A stretch of DNA of 64,000 nucleotides from a virus. The notes under the pieces were generated by a model. That model was not told the DNA's origin. It saw only the letters and a list, made by a program, of their open reading frames with translations, and did not search any database. This document shows, in pieces, positions 49,158 through 60,232 of the stretch. The translations under genes were made by a program, and so were the position numbers. Within the stretch, counting starts at the first letter, position 1, and every line of letters begins with the position of its first letter. The stretch lies in IMG/VR virus record IMGVR_UViG_3300019360_000001; one strand, 5' to 3'.

Positions 49158-49548
49158 ACAACAAGTCACAATGGTCGATGATGAGGATTTTAGTGAGCTT
49201 AATAAATATAAGTGGACTGCTCATTGGTCTAAAAGTAATAAGTCTTACTATGTAGAGCGACATGTTTCTACTTCTTCTGGTGGACGAACTACCGAACAGA
49301 TGAGTAGAAAAATTATGGGCCTTAAACATGGTAATAAAATGCAAGTTGATCACATAAATCATGATACTCTCGATAATAGGAAAGAAAATTTACGCATAGT
49401 TACTAATAGGGAAAATTGCCAGAATAAAAGATATAAATCAAAATATGGTATAGGAATATATTATGATTATAGAAATAAAAAGAATCCATATCAAGTACAA
49501 GTTATGATAAATGGAAAATTAAAATCAATTAAAGACAACAATGAATAA
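49135..49548 (+). CDS. HNH homing endonuclease (AP2 tail truncated)
   Basis: VDDEDF..L..YKW, VDHINHDTLDNRKENLR..N. Confidence 0.85.
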   Translation: MKTIQLNRQQVTMVDDEDFSELNKYKWTAHWSKSNKSYYVERHVSTSSGGRTTEQMSRKIMGLKHGNKMQVDHINHDTLDNRKENLRIVTNRENCQNKRYKSKYGIGIYYDYRNKKNPYQVQVMINGKLKSIKDNNE

Positions 49549-50179
49549 ATATTATTTAATATTATACATTGTCTAGGATGAATATTAGAAGAAGACAAAG
49601 TAGTAAAGAGTGGCATTTAAATATGAAAGATAATGATTGCGAATATATTTTCAGTCTTTTTAAAAAAGATCTTTTCAGGGCTAGCGCTGTATATTTATTG
49701 CATGCTGCTATTAATGATATTAGATGCGAAATATGCGAGAAACTTATTAAAGTACGTGATCATAAACAATGGAAAAAATTAACTACTTTCAATGATTTTA
49801 AAAAAACACACAAAGAAAGGCAAGGTAATAATGATTGAATATCATTTGATATTACACGTTAATCAAGGTGATAGTTTTGGCGAATTTTTAGATCAAGCAA
49901 ATGGCAATATTGCAAATGCATTCACAAAATGGGCAAATGATTTTAGATCCGTGGCAAATATTTGTGAACAACTTTCTTTAAAAATTAACAATGAGAATAT
50001 AGATGTTATGGCAGACGGTCATACTATTATATTTATGCCTAAAAATATCGTTGGACAACAAATACTAGAAGAGCTATCAGAAAATTGTATTATTGACAAA
50101 TTTGAGTTCGACGAAGACGTTATTGATGATGGTAGCTTTCACGACGATACTTTGGCAAATCTTTAATTGGAAATATATA

Positions 50180-52354
50180 ATGGCGAAATTTATAAATGAG
50201 GAAGGTTTAACATTTGATGATGTCTTGCTTTTGCCAAGATATTCTTTAGGAGAATCAAGACGAAACGTTAAACTGATTACAAAGCTAACTAATAATTTTA
50301 ATATTTTAACACCAATTATCTCTGCAAACATGGATAGTATTACCACATCGGATACTATGATTTCGATGGCCAATTTGGGCGGTGTTGGCGTTTTGCACAG
50401 ATTTATGCCATTGAGTGATATTAGATTTCATGTCGAAAGATTTAGAGAAGCTACGAAATCAAACAAGTTTTATTCGCCGACATGTGTTTCTATTGGCGTT
50501 GGTCCTGAGTCTACAGAATTACTTAATCTATACAAAGAATTGAAAGTAGATATAATTGTTATAGATATTGCCCATGGATGGAGCAAAAAGGTCAAAGATC
50601 TTATTAAAAAAATAAAGGATTTTATTGGATGTAATGTTATAGCTGGAAATGTTGCTACCTACGATGCAGCAATAGATTTATATGAAGCCGGAGCCAATGC
50701 AATTAAGGTCGGAGTGGGTCCAGGTTGTTTTGCTGCTGGAACACGAATTCTAATGGCTAATGGCATTTATAAAAACATAGAAGACATAAAACCCGGAGAC
50801 AGAGTAATAAATAAATACGGATATCCAATAAATGTTAAAAAATCATTTAAAACTGGATATAGGAAAGTTTCAAAATTAAATAATAGTTTATTTTATAAAG
50901 ATACATTGGTAACAAAAGATCATAATTATTGGGTTGGAGATTTTTCAACAACAAGTTTATCAACCATAAGTTCTTATTTAAAGTTACTTGCAAAAAAAAG
51001 CAAAACTATACCAAAGACAAGTAAAATAAAATGGATGGAAATTGGCAAACTAGATAGAGGATGTATGTTAATGCCTAAAAATATTAACTTTGAACTCGCT
51101 AATACCTTTAAGGAAAAAATTTATAAAAGATGTGGTGGCCATTATAAGGCTGGGTTTAAATACAAAATTGATGTTATATTAGAACCATCGTATGATCTTG
51201 GATATATATTTGGAACATTCTTAGGAGATGGATCATCTAGCATTGCTGTTTATAAAAAATCCGAAAGAGGAGCTGTTAGGTGGTTTTTTGGTGCCAAAGA
51301 AGAAGATATTGCCAATAAATTGATAGCGTCTATAAAGAATGTTTTTAATAAAGATGCCACAATTACAAAAGAAGATAATACTACTGTAGTTAATTTTTAT
51401 TATAAGCCATTAGCTAATTATTTATGGAAATTTGGTAAAAGAAAAGATAAATTTTTACCAGAACATCTTTTGGTTAATAATATAGAATATTTGCGTGGTA
51501 TAATGCATGGACTAATAGATAGTGATGGACATTATTCTAAAGATAGGAGATTTTCTTTCTCTAATACTTCTAAAAGATTAATTGAATTATTTAATGTTAT
51601 ATTTTATATAATAGAAGGATATTTTCCAAATAATGAAGAAAATCCGCTGTCTACTGGCGGGCTTAAAAATTGTGATATAAATAATTGTAATCCAAGTTAT
51701 AGGTCTCGTTCGTTAATTAGGCCAGAATATAGACAAAATAATTATAATCAAGTAGCAAAAATATTATCATATGAAGATACTAATTTATATCTTGATGTCT
51801 ATGACATAGAGGTTGATTGTCCGACACATAGCTTTATTGCAGAGAATGCTATAGTGCATAATTCTGTATGCAGCACAAGAATTAGAACTGGTTGTGGAAA
51901 TCCTCAACTAAGTGCTATTATTGAATGTTCTGTGATTCCATGTCCTATTATCGCCGATGGCGGAATAAAAAATGGAGGGGATGTTATTAAAAGTTTAGCT
52001 GCTGGTGCTTCATCTTGCATGATAGGAAATTTGATAAGTGGCTGCACAGAATGTCCTGGGGAAATTATAGAGATGGAAGGTAAGAAATATAAAAAATACA
52101 GAGGACAAGCATCTTTTGATTTCCAAAAAGAATGGAAAGGAATAGACAAACAAGTAAATATAGAGGGCGAATCTAAATTAGTAGAAATTAAAGGTTCGAT
52201 TGAAGATGTCGTAAATGAATTGCTATCTGGAGTTCGTTCCGGATTTTCCTATTGTGGTGCTAATGACATAGAAGAGCTTAGAAAGAATGCAATTTTTCGT
52301 CGAGTTTCTTCTAATACTTTAATAGAGAATCGTCCTCATGGGAAAAGTGGCTAA
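50180..52354 (+). CDS. guaB: IMP dehydrogenase / GMP reductase (no CBS domains) with intein
   Basis: LTFDDVLLLP, SANMD, DIAHG, AGNVAT, KVGVGPG|...|SVCSTR, IADGGI, YRGQAS, EG. Confidence 0.85.
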   Translation: MAKFINEEGLTFDDVLLLPRYSLGESRRNVKLITKLTNNFNILTPIISANMDSITTSDTMISMANLGGVGVLHRFMPLSDIRFHVERFREATKSNKFYSPTCVSIGVGPESTELLNLYKELKVDIIVIDIAHGWSKKVKDLIKKIKDFIGCNVIAGNVATYDAAIDLYEAGANAIKVGVGPGCFAAGTRILMANGIYKNIEDIKPGDRVINKYGYPINVKKSFKTGYRKVSKLNNSLFYKDTLVTKDHNYWVGDFSTTSLSTISSYLKLLAKKSKTIPKTSKIKWMEIGKLDRGCMLMPKNINFELANTFKEKIYKRCGGHYKAGFKYKIDVILEPSYDLGYIFGTFLGDGSSSIAVYKKSERGAVRWFFGAKEEDIANKLIASIKNVFNKDATITKEDNTTVVNFYYKPLANYLWKFGKRKDKFLPEHLLVNNIEYLRGIMHGLIDSDGHYSKDRRFSFSNTSKRLIELFNVIFYIIEGYFPNNEENPLSTGGLKNCDINNCNPSYRSRSLIRPEYRQNNYNQVAKILSYEDTNLYLDVYDIEVDCPTHSFIAENAIVHNSVCSTRIRTGCGNPQLSAIIECSVIPCPIIADGGIKNGGDVIKSLAAGASSCMIGNLISGCTECPGEIIEMEGKKYKKYRGQASFDFQKEWKGIDKQVNIEGESKLVEIKGSIEDVVNELLSGVRSGFSYCGANDIEELRKNAIFRRVSSNTLIENRPHGKSG
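50726..51862 (+). mobile_element. 379-aa LAGLIDADG intein in IMPDH catalytic loop
   Basis: GPG|CFAAGTRI, GTFLGDG, GLIDSDG, AIVHN|S. Confidence 0.92.
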
Positions 52355-52638
52355 TGATCAAAGTTGTTCACTGTATGAAAGAGCCTTATGATATTTATAT
52401 AGGGAGAGGAAAGTGCCTTAAAACAGGCAAATTAGGTAAATGGGGAAATCCGTTTGTAATTGGGAAAGATGGAGATAGAGATGAGGTTATTAAAAAGTAC
52501 GAAGAATGGTTACTAAGTAATAAGGATTTATTGATATGTTTATCTGAACTTAAAGGACAAGTTTTGGGCTGTTGGTGTGCGCCTAAATTTTGCCATGGAG
52601 ATGTTTTATTAAAATTATTAGATAATATTAAAAAATAA
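52354..52638 (+). CDS. DUF4326-like protein
   Basis: YIGRG..WGNPF..GDRDEVI..ELKGQVLGCWCAP..CHGDVL. Confidence 0.85.
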   Translation: MIKVVHCMKEPYDIYIGRGKCLKTGKLGKWGNPFVIGKDGDRDEVIKKYEEWLLSNKDLLICLSELKGQVLGCWCAPKFCHGDVLLKLLDNIKK

Positions 52639-52988
52639 AATGGATAAAGCCAAATTTTTATGCTAAAACTAGAAAATGCATTGAGCTTTCTGGTCGTGAT
52701 ATAAAAAGTAAAAGTATGGGCAAATATAAATTAGAATGCTATGAAGTGGCTGACTGTTGTGGCTCTAATTGTGATTTGTTTTTCTTTAATACTAAAGAAA
52801 CTCCATGTTGGGGCAAAGTTGATTTAATCGGTTGTGACGATCAAAATGAATGGATTCATTATTGCAAAGGACATAGTGAAAAATTAGAAGGCGGCAAATA
52901 TATTAAAAAGTATTAAATATGTATGATGCTGTAATTAAGAAAATAGCCAATAATTGGGATATAGAAACTAAGTAGAGGAGAATAATGT

Positions 52989-55900
52989 ATGAGCTTCAAG
53001 TTTCCCGATGCGGCATCGGAATTCGTATATTATAGATGTGTACATGTTGATACCCCGGTTCTTTGTGCGGATATGAAGTGGCGCCCAGCCGGCAGTCTAT
53101 TTGAAGGAGATGATATAATTGTTTTCGATGAAATGCCAGACAAAAGAAGTAAAAGAAAAATAAAAATAGGAAAAGTTACTCATAATCATGTAGAAAATAG
53201 AAAATGTAAAAAGATTATCTTAGAAGATGGTAGAAATTTATATTGTACTCCAGAACATCAGTGGCTAGTTCGTCTTATGCCTACACAAACTAGCCTTGAA
53301 TGGATTAAAACAGAAAATCTTTGTAATAGATCAAGAGGGACTGTTTCCTATTTGCCGCTTTTTGAAGATCCATTGGATGAAGATAATTCTTATGAAGCTG
53401 GATATTTGTCTGCTGCATTTGATGGCGAAGGATGTATAGATGGCATTTCTGCCATATGCTTTAATCAAACAGAAAATGCAATGTTTTATAAAGTAAAGAA
53501 AATTTTACAAAATAAAGGATTTAGATTTTCTTTAAAAATTAAAAACAAAAACAAACATAAAAAGTCTTTTGAATCTAAAAAAGATTGTTATGTTTTTAGT
53601 ATTTATGGCAGAGAACAAATAATGAAGCTTATTGGAATGTTCGGAACGTGTAGAATATTGGAAAACTTTCATAAAAATCTTAATAAAGATACGTTTATGC
53701 TTAAGGCAAAAAAATGGCTAAAGGTTGTTTCAGTAGAAGACGCCGGAGAAATGCCAGTGGCAGTAATGAGTACTACTCATAAAACTCATATAACTGGTGG
53801 TTTTCCAAGCCACAATACATATAGCAGGTGGCGAGATGATTTAGGGAGAAGAGAGACTTGGGAAGAGACGGTAGATAGATATATAGGATTTTTTAGAAAT
53901 AAATTTGGCGATAAGGTTCCAGAGAAAGTTTTCAAAAAGGCCAAAGAAAAGATTTTAAATTTTGAAGTGATGCCCTCGATGAGAGCTTTGTGGGCATCAG
54001 GAGATGCTCTAGAAATAAATAATTGCTGTGGTTATAATTGTTCATTTTTATTTATAGATTCTATTGAGTCATTTGCAGAACTTTTATTTTTGCTTTGTTC
54101 TGGATGTGGTGTTGGATTTTCTGTTGAAAGTTCTCATGTTGACAAATTGCCGATGATTCCAGTTCTTACTGGACAAAATGGTGGAGTATTCCAAGTACCG
54201 GATTCAAAGGAGGGATGGGCTGATTCTGTAAAAAACTTAATAAACTCTTTATATTGTGGCAATGATTTAACTATTGATTATTCATTGATAAGACCTATGG
54301 GCTCTAGATTAAAAACCATGGGAGGAAGATGTCTAACAGGTGACACGGTTGTCTATAAAGACCGTAAAAAATCTGCTGGATTTAATAAGATAACCATACA
54401 ACAACTTTTTGACATTAAGCAAAGAGAGTTGTCTGGTAAATATAGAGGCAAATTAAAAAAAATTAAACTCAGATCTTTAAATGAAGAGTCTGGAGAATTT
54501 TTTAGAAATAATCTTGTAGATGTTGTATATAATGGCATTCATCCAGTTTATCAATTAGTAACTAAGCAGGGATATAGAATAAAGTCTACATTAAATCATA
54601 GATTTATGAATTCAGCAGGTAATTATCAGTCGCTTTCTTCTTTTAATATAGGGGATTTAATAGCGGTTAATGGTTCTAAAGAATTAAAAACAGGCATTTG
54701 TTGTGATTGCAAAAAACAAATATATAGGAGATCTTTGCGCTGCATCGATTGTTCTTATTTAAGCCAAAGAAAATTTGATTGTTTGCCAAGTACTGTAAGA
54801 CAACGAAGAGAGATAAAGATATATAAAAGAAAGCATAATAATTGTGAAAATTGTGGGCTATTATTTAAATTAGAGTGTCATCATATTGACGGAAATCCTT
54901 ATAATAATGAAGAATATAATTTAAAAGTTTTATGTCCTTCGTGTCATCGTACAGAAGATATGAAGCGTGTCTATTTTGGAAATGATTATACTTGTAAATA
55001 TCTCATGTATGATGAGATTGTAGACATAATAGCAGTGGGGGAAGAAAAAGTTTATGATCTTGTAATGCAGGGTCCTAATCACAATTTTATTGCCAATGGA
55101 ATTATTTCACACAATTCTTCTGGATCTGCCCCTCTCATTCAATTACATGAATTTATTAGATCTGTTTTTAGTCAACGGCAAGGAAGCAAACTTAAACCTA
55201 TAGATTGTCTTGATATATGTAATAAAATTGGCGCTTGTATTGTTGCTGGAGGAACTAGGCGATCAGCAGAAATATCCTTCTCTGATTTATCTGACATTGA
55301 AATTGCTAAGGCAAAAATTGCCCCTTTTCCAGTTCATAGATTTTTATCCAATAACAGTGCTATATACTATGAAAAACCTACTATTACTGAATTTTTAAAA
55401 GAGTGGACTAATCTAATAGAAAGTAAAAGCGGAGAACGTGGCATATTTAATATAGAAGGAGCTAGAAACAAATCTCCACAAAGGAGAAATAAGGAACTTA
55501 TTGTTGGAGAGAATCCATGTTTTACTGGAGAAACTCTTGTTTATGTTGCCGATGGCAGAGGAAATATTCCTATAAAACAGTTGGTAAAAGAGGGAAAAGA
55601 TGTGCCAGTCTTTTGTCTTAATAATAAAAATGTTCCAGTTGTTAGATGGATGAGAGGACCAAGAATTACCGGATATAACGTTCCAGTTTATAAGGTTTTA
55701 CTAGATGATGGCTCTAGTGTTAAAGTAACTAATAATCATAAATTTTTATTAAAAAGTGGAGAATATAAAGAAACTAAAGATCTAAAAAATGGAGATAGTT
55801 TATTTTTATTAACTAGATATGAAGCTTCTATGCAGGAAATATTCAATGGAACCAATAGCAGATCTCAAGATTATTTTTGGATTAATTATGGAAGAGCAAA

Positions 55901-57953
55901 ATCACTTAGTGAGCATAGACCGATAGCCGAATTCTTTTATAATACCAATCTCAAAACTGGACAAATAGTACATCATAAAGATTATAATGCACGAAATAAT
56001 GATTATAAAAATCTTGAAATAATGACAAAGCAACAACACGATAAGTTTCATGCAAAAGATATGATTGGAGATAAAAATCCAATGCGTAGGGCAAAATATG
56101 AATGGAGTAAAGATAAATGGGATAAATATTTAGATTTATTAAGTAAAAATTTTACTGCGGAAAATAATCCAAGATATTCTGGATTTACTGATGATCAAAT
56201 AAGAGAACATGCTATTTTGTTAACAAAAAATCTTGGTAGGAGATTTTCTAATAAAGAATGGATAAAATACGCTAAACGGTATGGATTGCCTATGAATTTT
56301 AGCAAATGGAGATGTTCTCATTTGGGCGATATACGTGATTTATCTATGTGGGCAGCTAATAATATTTTGGTATCAGAAATAATACCTAAAAATCACATAA
56401 ATATTGATACAAGAACTCTTAGACGATATAAGAAGTTTTTAGATATTGGATATAATTGTGAAATAATCAACAAAGATGTGTGGTTTCATAAAAATTGTGA
56501 GTATTGCAATAATAAATTTATTACTAGACAGCATTATACTGGATTTTGTAGTGGAAGCTGTGGAAACAGGGCTAGAGATAAGGCATCTTATGATCAGGCA
56601 AAGGCTTCTGCAAAAGTTACATTTGATGATCGAAGACATAAAAACAAGGAAAAACAATCTTCTATCTTTATAGAGTTAAAAAATAAATTAGGCAGAGTGC
56701 CAGAAAAAAAAGAATGGATGAAAGAATGTAAAGATCAAGGAATTTCTTTTGAAATATCTAGAAATAGCAGTCCATTTAGATATTGGAATGATTTAAAAGA
56801 ATATGCTAGCAATATAAATCATAAAGTAGTTTCTGTTGAGCTGTGTGGATATGAAGATGTTTATAATGGCACTGTAGATGAATTTCATAATTTTTTTATT
56901 GGTGGATTTGAGAGTAAAACTCAGTCTGGCAAACGTAAGTGGTGGTATTTAAACAACTTGCAGTGTGGCGAAATACTCCTCAGAGACAAGCAATTTTGCA
57001 ATTTAACTTCTGTGGTAGTCAAAAAGGGTGATGATATAGATGATCTATTAGAGAAAGTAGAAACGGCTACCTGGCTTGGAGTATTGCAGTCTTGTTTAAC
57101 AAATTTTCCATACTTAAGAAAACAATGGGCTAAAAACTGTAAGGAAGAAAGACTTTTGGGTGTTTCGTTAAATGGACAAATGGATAATCCAGAAATATTA
57201 ACCGAGCAAACGCTTGATTCGCTAAAAAGAAAAGCAATTAAAATTGCTGAAAAAGCTTCAAAGATAATGAATATAAATATGCCTGTATCCATTACTTGTG
57301 TGAAACCAGAAGGAACTACATCACAATTAGTTGATTGTGCTTCTGGGTTACATGCAAGATATTCTGAATATTATATTAGGACATATAGAATAGCTTCAAC
57401 AGATCCATTGTTTAAAATGCTTAAAGATCAGGGCTTGAAAATGGTTCCAGATATTGGCCAAAGAGAAAAAGATTGGCATGATGCCCAGAACGGAGATATG
57501 AATAAATGTTCTATATATGAAAAGGGCAAAAGATGGACCGAAGATAAAGTACAGACATGGGTTATATCTTTCCCTATTATGTCTCCTAAAAAATCAACCA
57601 AAAGAAATGATTTAAGTGAAATACAACAATTAGAATGGGCAAAAAAATTGCAATTAAAATGGTGTGAACATTCTGCTAGTGCAACAATATATGTCAAACC
57701 TGAAAATTGGTTAGAGGTTGGTAGTTGGGTATATAATAATTGGGACTATGTGAATGGATTAAGTTTTTTACCTTGGGATGGAGGCGTCTATGAACTTGCC
57801 CCATATGAAGAAATAGATAAAGATACGTACGAAAAAATGCTTAAAGCGATGCCATCTATTGATTATTCTCAACTTAGTAAATATGAAAAGGAAGATAATA
57901 CTACCGGAAGCAGAGAATTAGCGTGCTCAGGAGGAAGCTGTGAAATCAAGTAA
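52989..57953 (+). CDS. nrdJ: class II (B12-dependent) ribonucleotide reductase with three inteins
   Basis: Exteins YYR-TYSRW, PSMRALW, YNC, GGTRRSA, NP-CGEI, TCVKPEGT, C-terminal ACSGGSCE; about 650-aa extein. Confidence 0.92.
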   Translation: MSFKFPDAASEFVYYRCVHVDTPVLCADMKWRPAGSLFEGDDIIVFDEMPDKRSKRKIKIGKVTHNHVENRKCKKIILEDGRNLYCTPEHQWLVRLMPTQTSLEWIKTENLCNRSRGTVSYLPLFEDPLDEDNSYEAGYLSAAFDGEGCIDGISAICFNQTENAMFYKVKKILQNKGFRFSLKIKNKNKHKKSFESKKDCYVFSIYGREQIMKLIGMFGTCRILENFHKNLNKDTFMLKAKKWLKVVSVEDAGEMPVAVMSTTHKTHITGGFPSHNTYSRWRDDLGRRETWEETVDRYIGFFRNKFGDKVPEKVFKKAKEKILNFEVMPSMRALWASGDALEINNCCGYNCSFLFIDSIESFAELLFLLCSGCGVGFSVESSHVDKLPMIPVLTGQNGGVFQVPDSKEGWADSVKNLINSLYCGNDLTIDYSLIRPMGSRLKTMGGRCLTGDTVVYKDRKKSAGFNKITIQQLFDIKQRELSGKYRGKLKKIKLRSLNEESGEFFRNNLVDVVYNGIHPVYQLVTKQGYRIKSTLNHRFMNSAGNYQSLSSFNIGDLIAVNGSKELKTGICCDCKKQIYRRSLRCIDCSYLSQRKFDCLPSTVRQRREIKIYKRKHNNCENCGLLFKLECHHIDGNPYNNEEYNLKVLCPSCHRTEDMKRVYFGNDYTCKYLMYDEIVDIIAVGEEKVYDLVMQGPNHNFIANGIISHNSSGSAPLIQLHEFIRSVFSQRQGSKLKPIDCLDICNKIGACIVAGGTRRSAEISFSDLSDIEIAKAKIAPFPVHRFLSNNSAIYYEKPTITEFLKEWTNLIESKSGERGIFNIEGARNKSPQRRNKELIVGENPCFTGETLVYVADGRGNIPIKQLVKEGKDVPVFCLNNKNVPVVRWMRGPRITGYNVPVYKVLLDDGSSVKVTNNHKFLLKSGEYKETKDLKNGDSLFLLTRYEASMQEIFNGTNSRSQDYFWINYGRAKSLSEHRPIAEFFYNTNLKTGQIVHHKDYNARNNDYKNLEIMTKQQHDKFHAKDMIGDKNPMRRAKYEWSKDKWDKYLDLLSKNFTAENNPRYSGFTDDQIREHAILLTKNLGRRFSNKEWIKYAKRYGLPMNFSKWRCSHLGDIRDLSMWAANNILVSEIIPKNHINIDTRTLRRYKKFLDIGYNCEIINKDVWFHKNCEYCNNKFITRQHYTGFCSGSCGNRARDKASYDQAKASAKVTFDDRRHKNKEKQSSIFIELKNKLGRVPEKKEWMKECKDQGISFEISRNSSPFRYWNDLKEYASNINHKVVSVELCGYEDVYNGTVDEFHNFFIGGFESKTQSGKRKWWYLNNLQCGEILLRDKQFCNLTSVVVKKGDDIDDLLEKVETATWLGVLQSCLTNFPYLRKQWAKNCKEERLLGVSLNGQMDNPEILTEQTLDSLKRKAIKIAEKASKIMNINMPVSITCVKPEGTTSQLVDCASGLHARYSEYYIRTYRIASTDPLFKMLKDQGLKMVPDIGQREKDWHDAQNGDMNKCSIYEKGKRWTEDKVQTWVISFPIMSPKKSTKRNDLSEIQQLEWAKKLQLKWCEHSASATIYVKPENWLEVGSWVYNNWDYVNGLSFLPWDGGVYELAPYEEIDKDTYEKMLKAMPSIDYSQLSKYEKEDNTTGSRELACSGGSCEIK
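53037..53816 (+). mobile_element. RNR intein 1 (260 aa, single LAGLIDADG-like motif)
   Basis: YYR|CVHVDTPV, CTPEH, GYLSAAFDGEG, PSHN|T. Confidence 0.9.
54330..55115 (+). mobile_element. RNR intein 2 (262 aa, HNH)
   Basis: GGR|CLTGDT, CENC..HHIDGNPYNN..LCPSCH, ISHN|S. Confidence 0.9.
55518..56963 (+). mobile_element. RNR intein 3 (482 aa, HNH, C-terminal Gln)
   Basis: ENP|CFTGET, VTNNH, HHKDYNARNN, NNLQ|CGEI. Confidence 0.88.
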
Positions 57954-58022
57954 GAAAATTTATATTGTTTTGAAAAATTTACACCATTATAATAGATTGG
58001 AATTCCAAGGATAGGTGGTTTT

Positions 58023-58838
58023 ATGCCAAATTTTATAGATTTAAGTGGCAAGGTTTTCAATAATCTTACTGTTATTAAGGCTTCGGACGAAAAACATGTG
58101 TCTAAAGAAAAACATTGGGTGTGCAAATGTTCTTGTGGCAAGGAAATAATATTGCCTTCTTATACAATAAGGCATGGAAAAAGTAAAAGTTGTGGGTGCT
58201 TACAGCACAAAGGAACGCATAAAATGTCTAATAGGCCAGAGTTTCGTACTTGGGCTGGTATGATACAGCGATGTAAAAATCCTAATAAAACTGAATACAG
58301 GTATTATGGAGGCAGAGGTATAAAAGTATGTGAAAGATGGGCCGAGAAAGGTAATGGGTTTAAGAATTTTTATGATGATATGGGTCCCAAACCAAATCCA
58401 TCTTATAGTCTAGATAGAATAGATTCTAATGGAAATTATTGTAAAGAAAATTGTAAGTGGGCAACACCCCAAGAACAATGGGACAATAGAAAGCAAATAT
58501 CTCTTTCTGTTAAAACATATCAGGATAAAACTGCCAATACTGCTATTTATCCCAAAGATGACAAATTGTGGTCGGTGTCATATTGTTTGCTAGGAATAGG
58601 TAGCGAGGCAGGAGAGCTATGTGGTATTTATAAAAAAATGATAAGAGATAATTGTTTTGATTTAACTGCCGAAGTAAAAAGGAAAATAATAGATGAGGCA
58701 GGAGATTTAGCATGGTACTTGAGTCAACTTTGCACTGAACTTGATGTAAGTTTAGAATATGTTTTAAAACATAACATCGAAAAACTTCGTTCACGCCAAG
58801 AAAGGGGAAAGTTACAAGGGTCCGGCGATAATCGTTAA
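58023..58838 (+). CDS. HNH-like endonuclease fused to MazG-like NTP pyrophosphatase
   Basis: CKCSCG..SCGC..YGGRGIKVCERW..LDRIDSNGNY; then SEAGEL..DEAGDLAWY..NIEKLRSR. Confidence 0.85.
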   Translation: MPNFIDLSGKVFNNLTVIKASDEKHVSKEKHWVCKCSCGKEIILPSYTIRHGKSKSCGCLQHKGTHKMSNRPEFRTWAGMIQRCKNPNKTEYRYYGGRGIKVCERWAEKGNGFKNFYDDMGPKPNPSYSLDRIDSNGNYCKENCKWATPQEQWDNRKQISLSVKTYQDKTANTAIYPKDDKLWSVSYCLLGIGSEAGELCGIYKKMIRDNCFDLTAEVKRKIIDEAGDLAWYLSQLCTELDVSLEYVLKHNIEKLRSRQERGKLQGSGDNR

Positions 58839-59602
58839 TTTTTGTTTGTGGGAGGGGTGTTTTTACGGATATTAATGTCGTTTATAAAATATCAAAAGAT
58901 TTATCCTGGAAATACATAAAACAATATATTGCGCCAAATACAATAGACATAGCGATATACAAAATATGCCTTGATTTATATATTACTAAAAAGACTATTT
59001 GGAATGTGCAATCTCGCTTATCTGAAAATGGTCTTTTGTGTCTTGAATGTTCTCCAGAAAATATTAGCCAAGCAATTGGTATAATCTCAGAATCTGGCTT
59101 TAAATATTCTATTTGCTATTTATTTGGGCAAAACGACACAATTATTTGGCTTTTAGCATCTAAAAAAGCAAACCCCAAATTGCCTAAGTACTTAATTTTA
59201 AATGACTTAGAGCAAAGATCTGACACAATTTTAAATTCGGGCCAATTTTCTTCGCAAGCCGTAGTACTTCTTGTGGGAGACTCTACACTTTCATTAGTTT
59301 CATCTTTGAAAAGCAAATATGTTTATATAATTGCATTTTGCGATGATGAAATATTAATAGAAATAGCAAAGTCAGAAGGTATTAGTGTTGTGACGCCTTG
59401 ACTTGCTTTGTTTGCCGAAAGTCAATAAAAGGGGAAAGCAGAAAAGAAGGCAATAAGATTGCCCATGCTAATTGTTTTTTGGCAAAATCGATAATTAAAA
59501 TAACTAAGATTGGTCCAGATTCCATAAGTTTTCTTCCTGGTTCAGGAATTAGCAAATCAAAGCAGAATGAAATAATATCTGATAATATACTTGGGGAAAT
59601 TA

Positions 59603-60232
59603 ATGAACAGTAATGTTTTGCCATCTGGATTTACATATAACGACGTAGAAGACATAATAGAAAGGATATCCGACAAAAAGGCAAGAAAATATGGAAATGT
59701 AGGGTTTTATGATTTAGATGATTTAAAACAAGAGGCTAGAATTAAGTGTTGGTCCATTCTTGGTAGATATAATGTAAATCATGGCACTGAATTAGAAGCT
59801 TATTTAGGAATTTGTATAGAAAATAGAATAAGAGATATTAAGCGAAGTATAGTTTATAAACACAACAAGCCATGCTTTCAATGTCCGTTTTGGCAACAAG
59901 ATGCCGCATCTTCCGGGGCACATGATTGTTTAGTATTTGACAATAAAATGGAGTGCGAAAAATACGCAAGACACGAAAAATATGTGCAAATAAAACTTAG
60001 TTCTAGTCATCCAATAGATATAGATAACGAAAGAATAGAAGATGGTAAGTATGCGAATACTATTAATGGAGAAGAACTTTATGATTATGTAATTAAGCAT
60101 TTGCCTTCTGGTCACAGGCATTGTTTTGATAAGTTAGCAAACAATAATTTTAATTTAAAGTCTCTTAAAAAGAATGAGGTAAAAGCAATTGTTTCAGAAC
60201 TTAAAAAAATAATGAGTAATTTTGGTGAATAA
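59603..60232 (+). CDS. sigma-70 region-2-like transcription factor with Cys insert
   Basis: DLDDLKQEARI..YN..ELEAYLGICIENRIRD; CFQCPF..C..C insert. Confidence 0.6.
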   Translation: MNSNVLPSGFTYNDVEDIIERISDKKARKYGNVGFYDLDDLKQEARIKCWSILGRYNVNHGTELEAYLGICIENRIRDIKRSIVYKHNKPCFQCPFWQQDAASSGAHDCLVFDNKMECEKYARHEKYVQIKLSSSHPIDIDNERIEDGKYANTINGEELYDYVIKHLPSGHRHCFDKLANNNFNLKSLKKNEVKAIVSELKKIMSNFGE

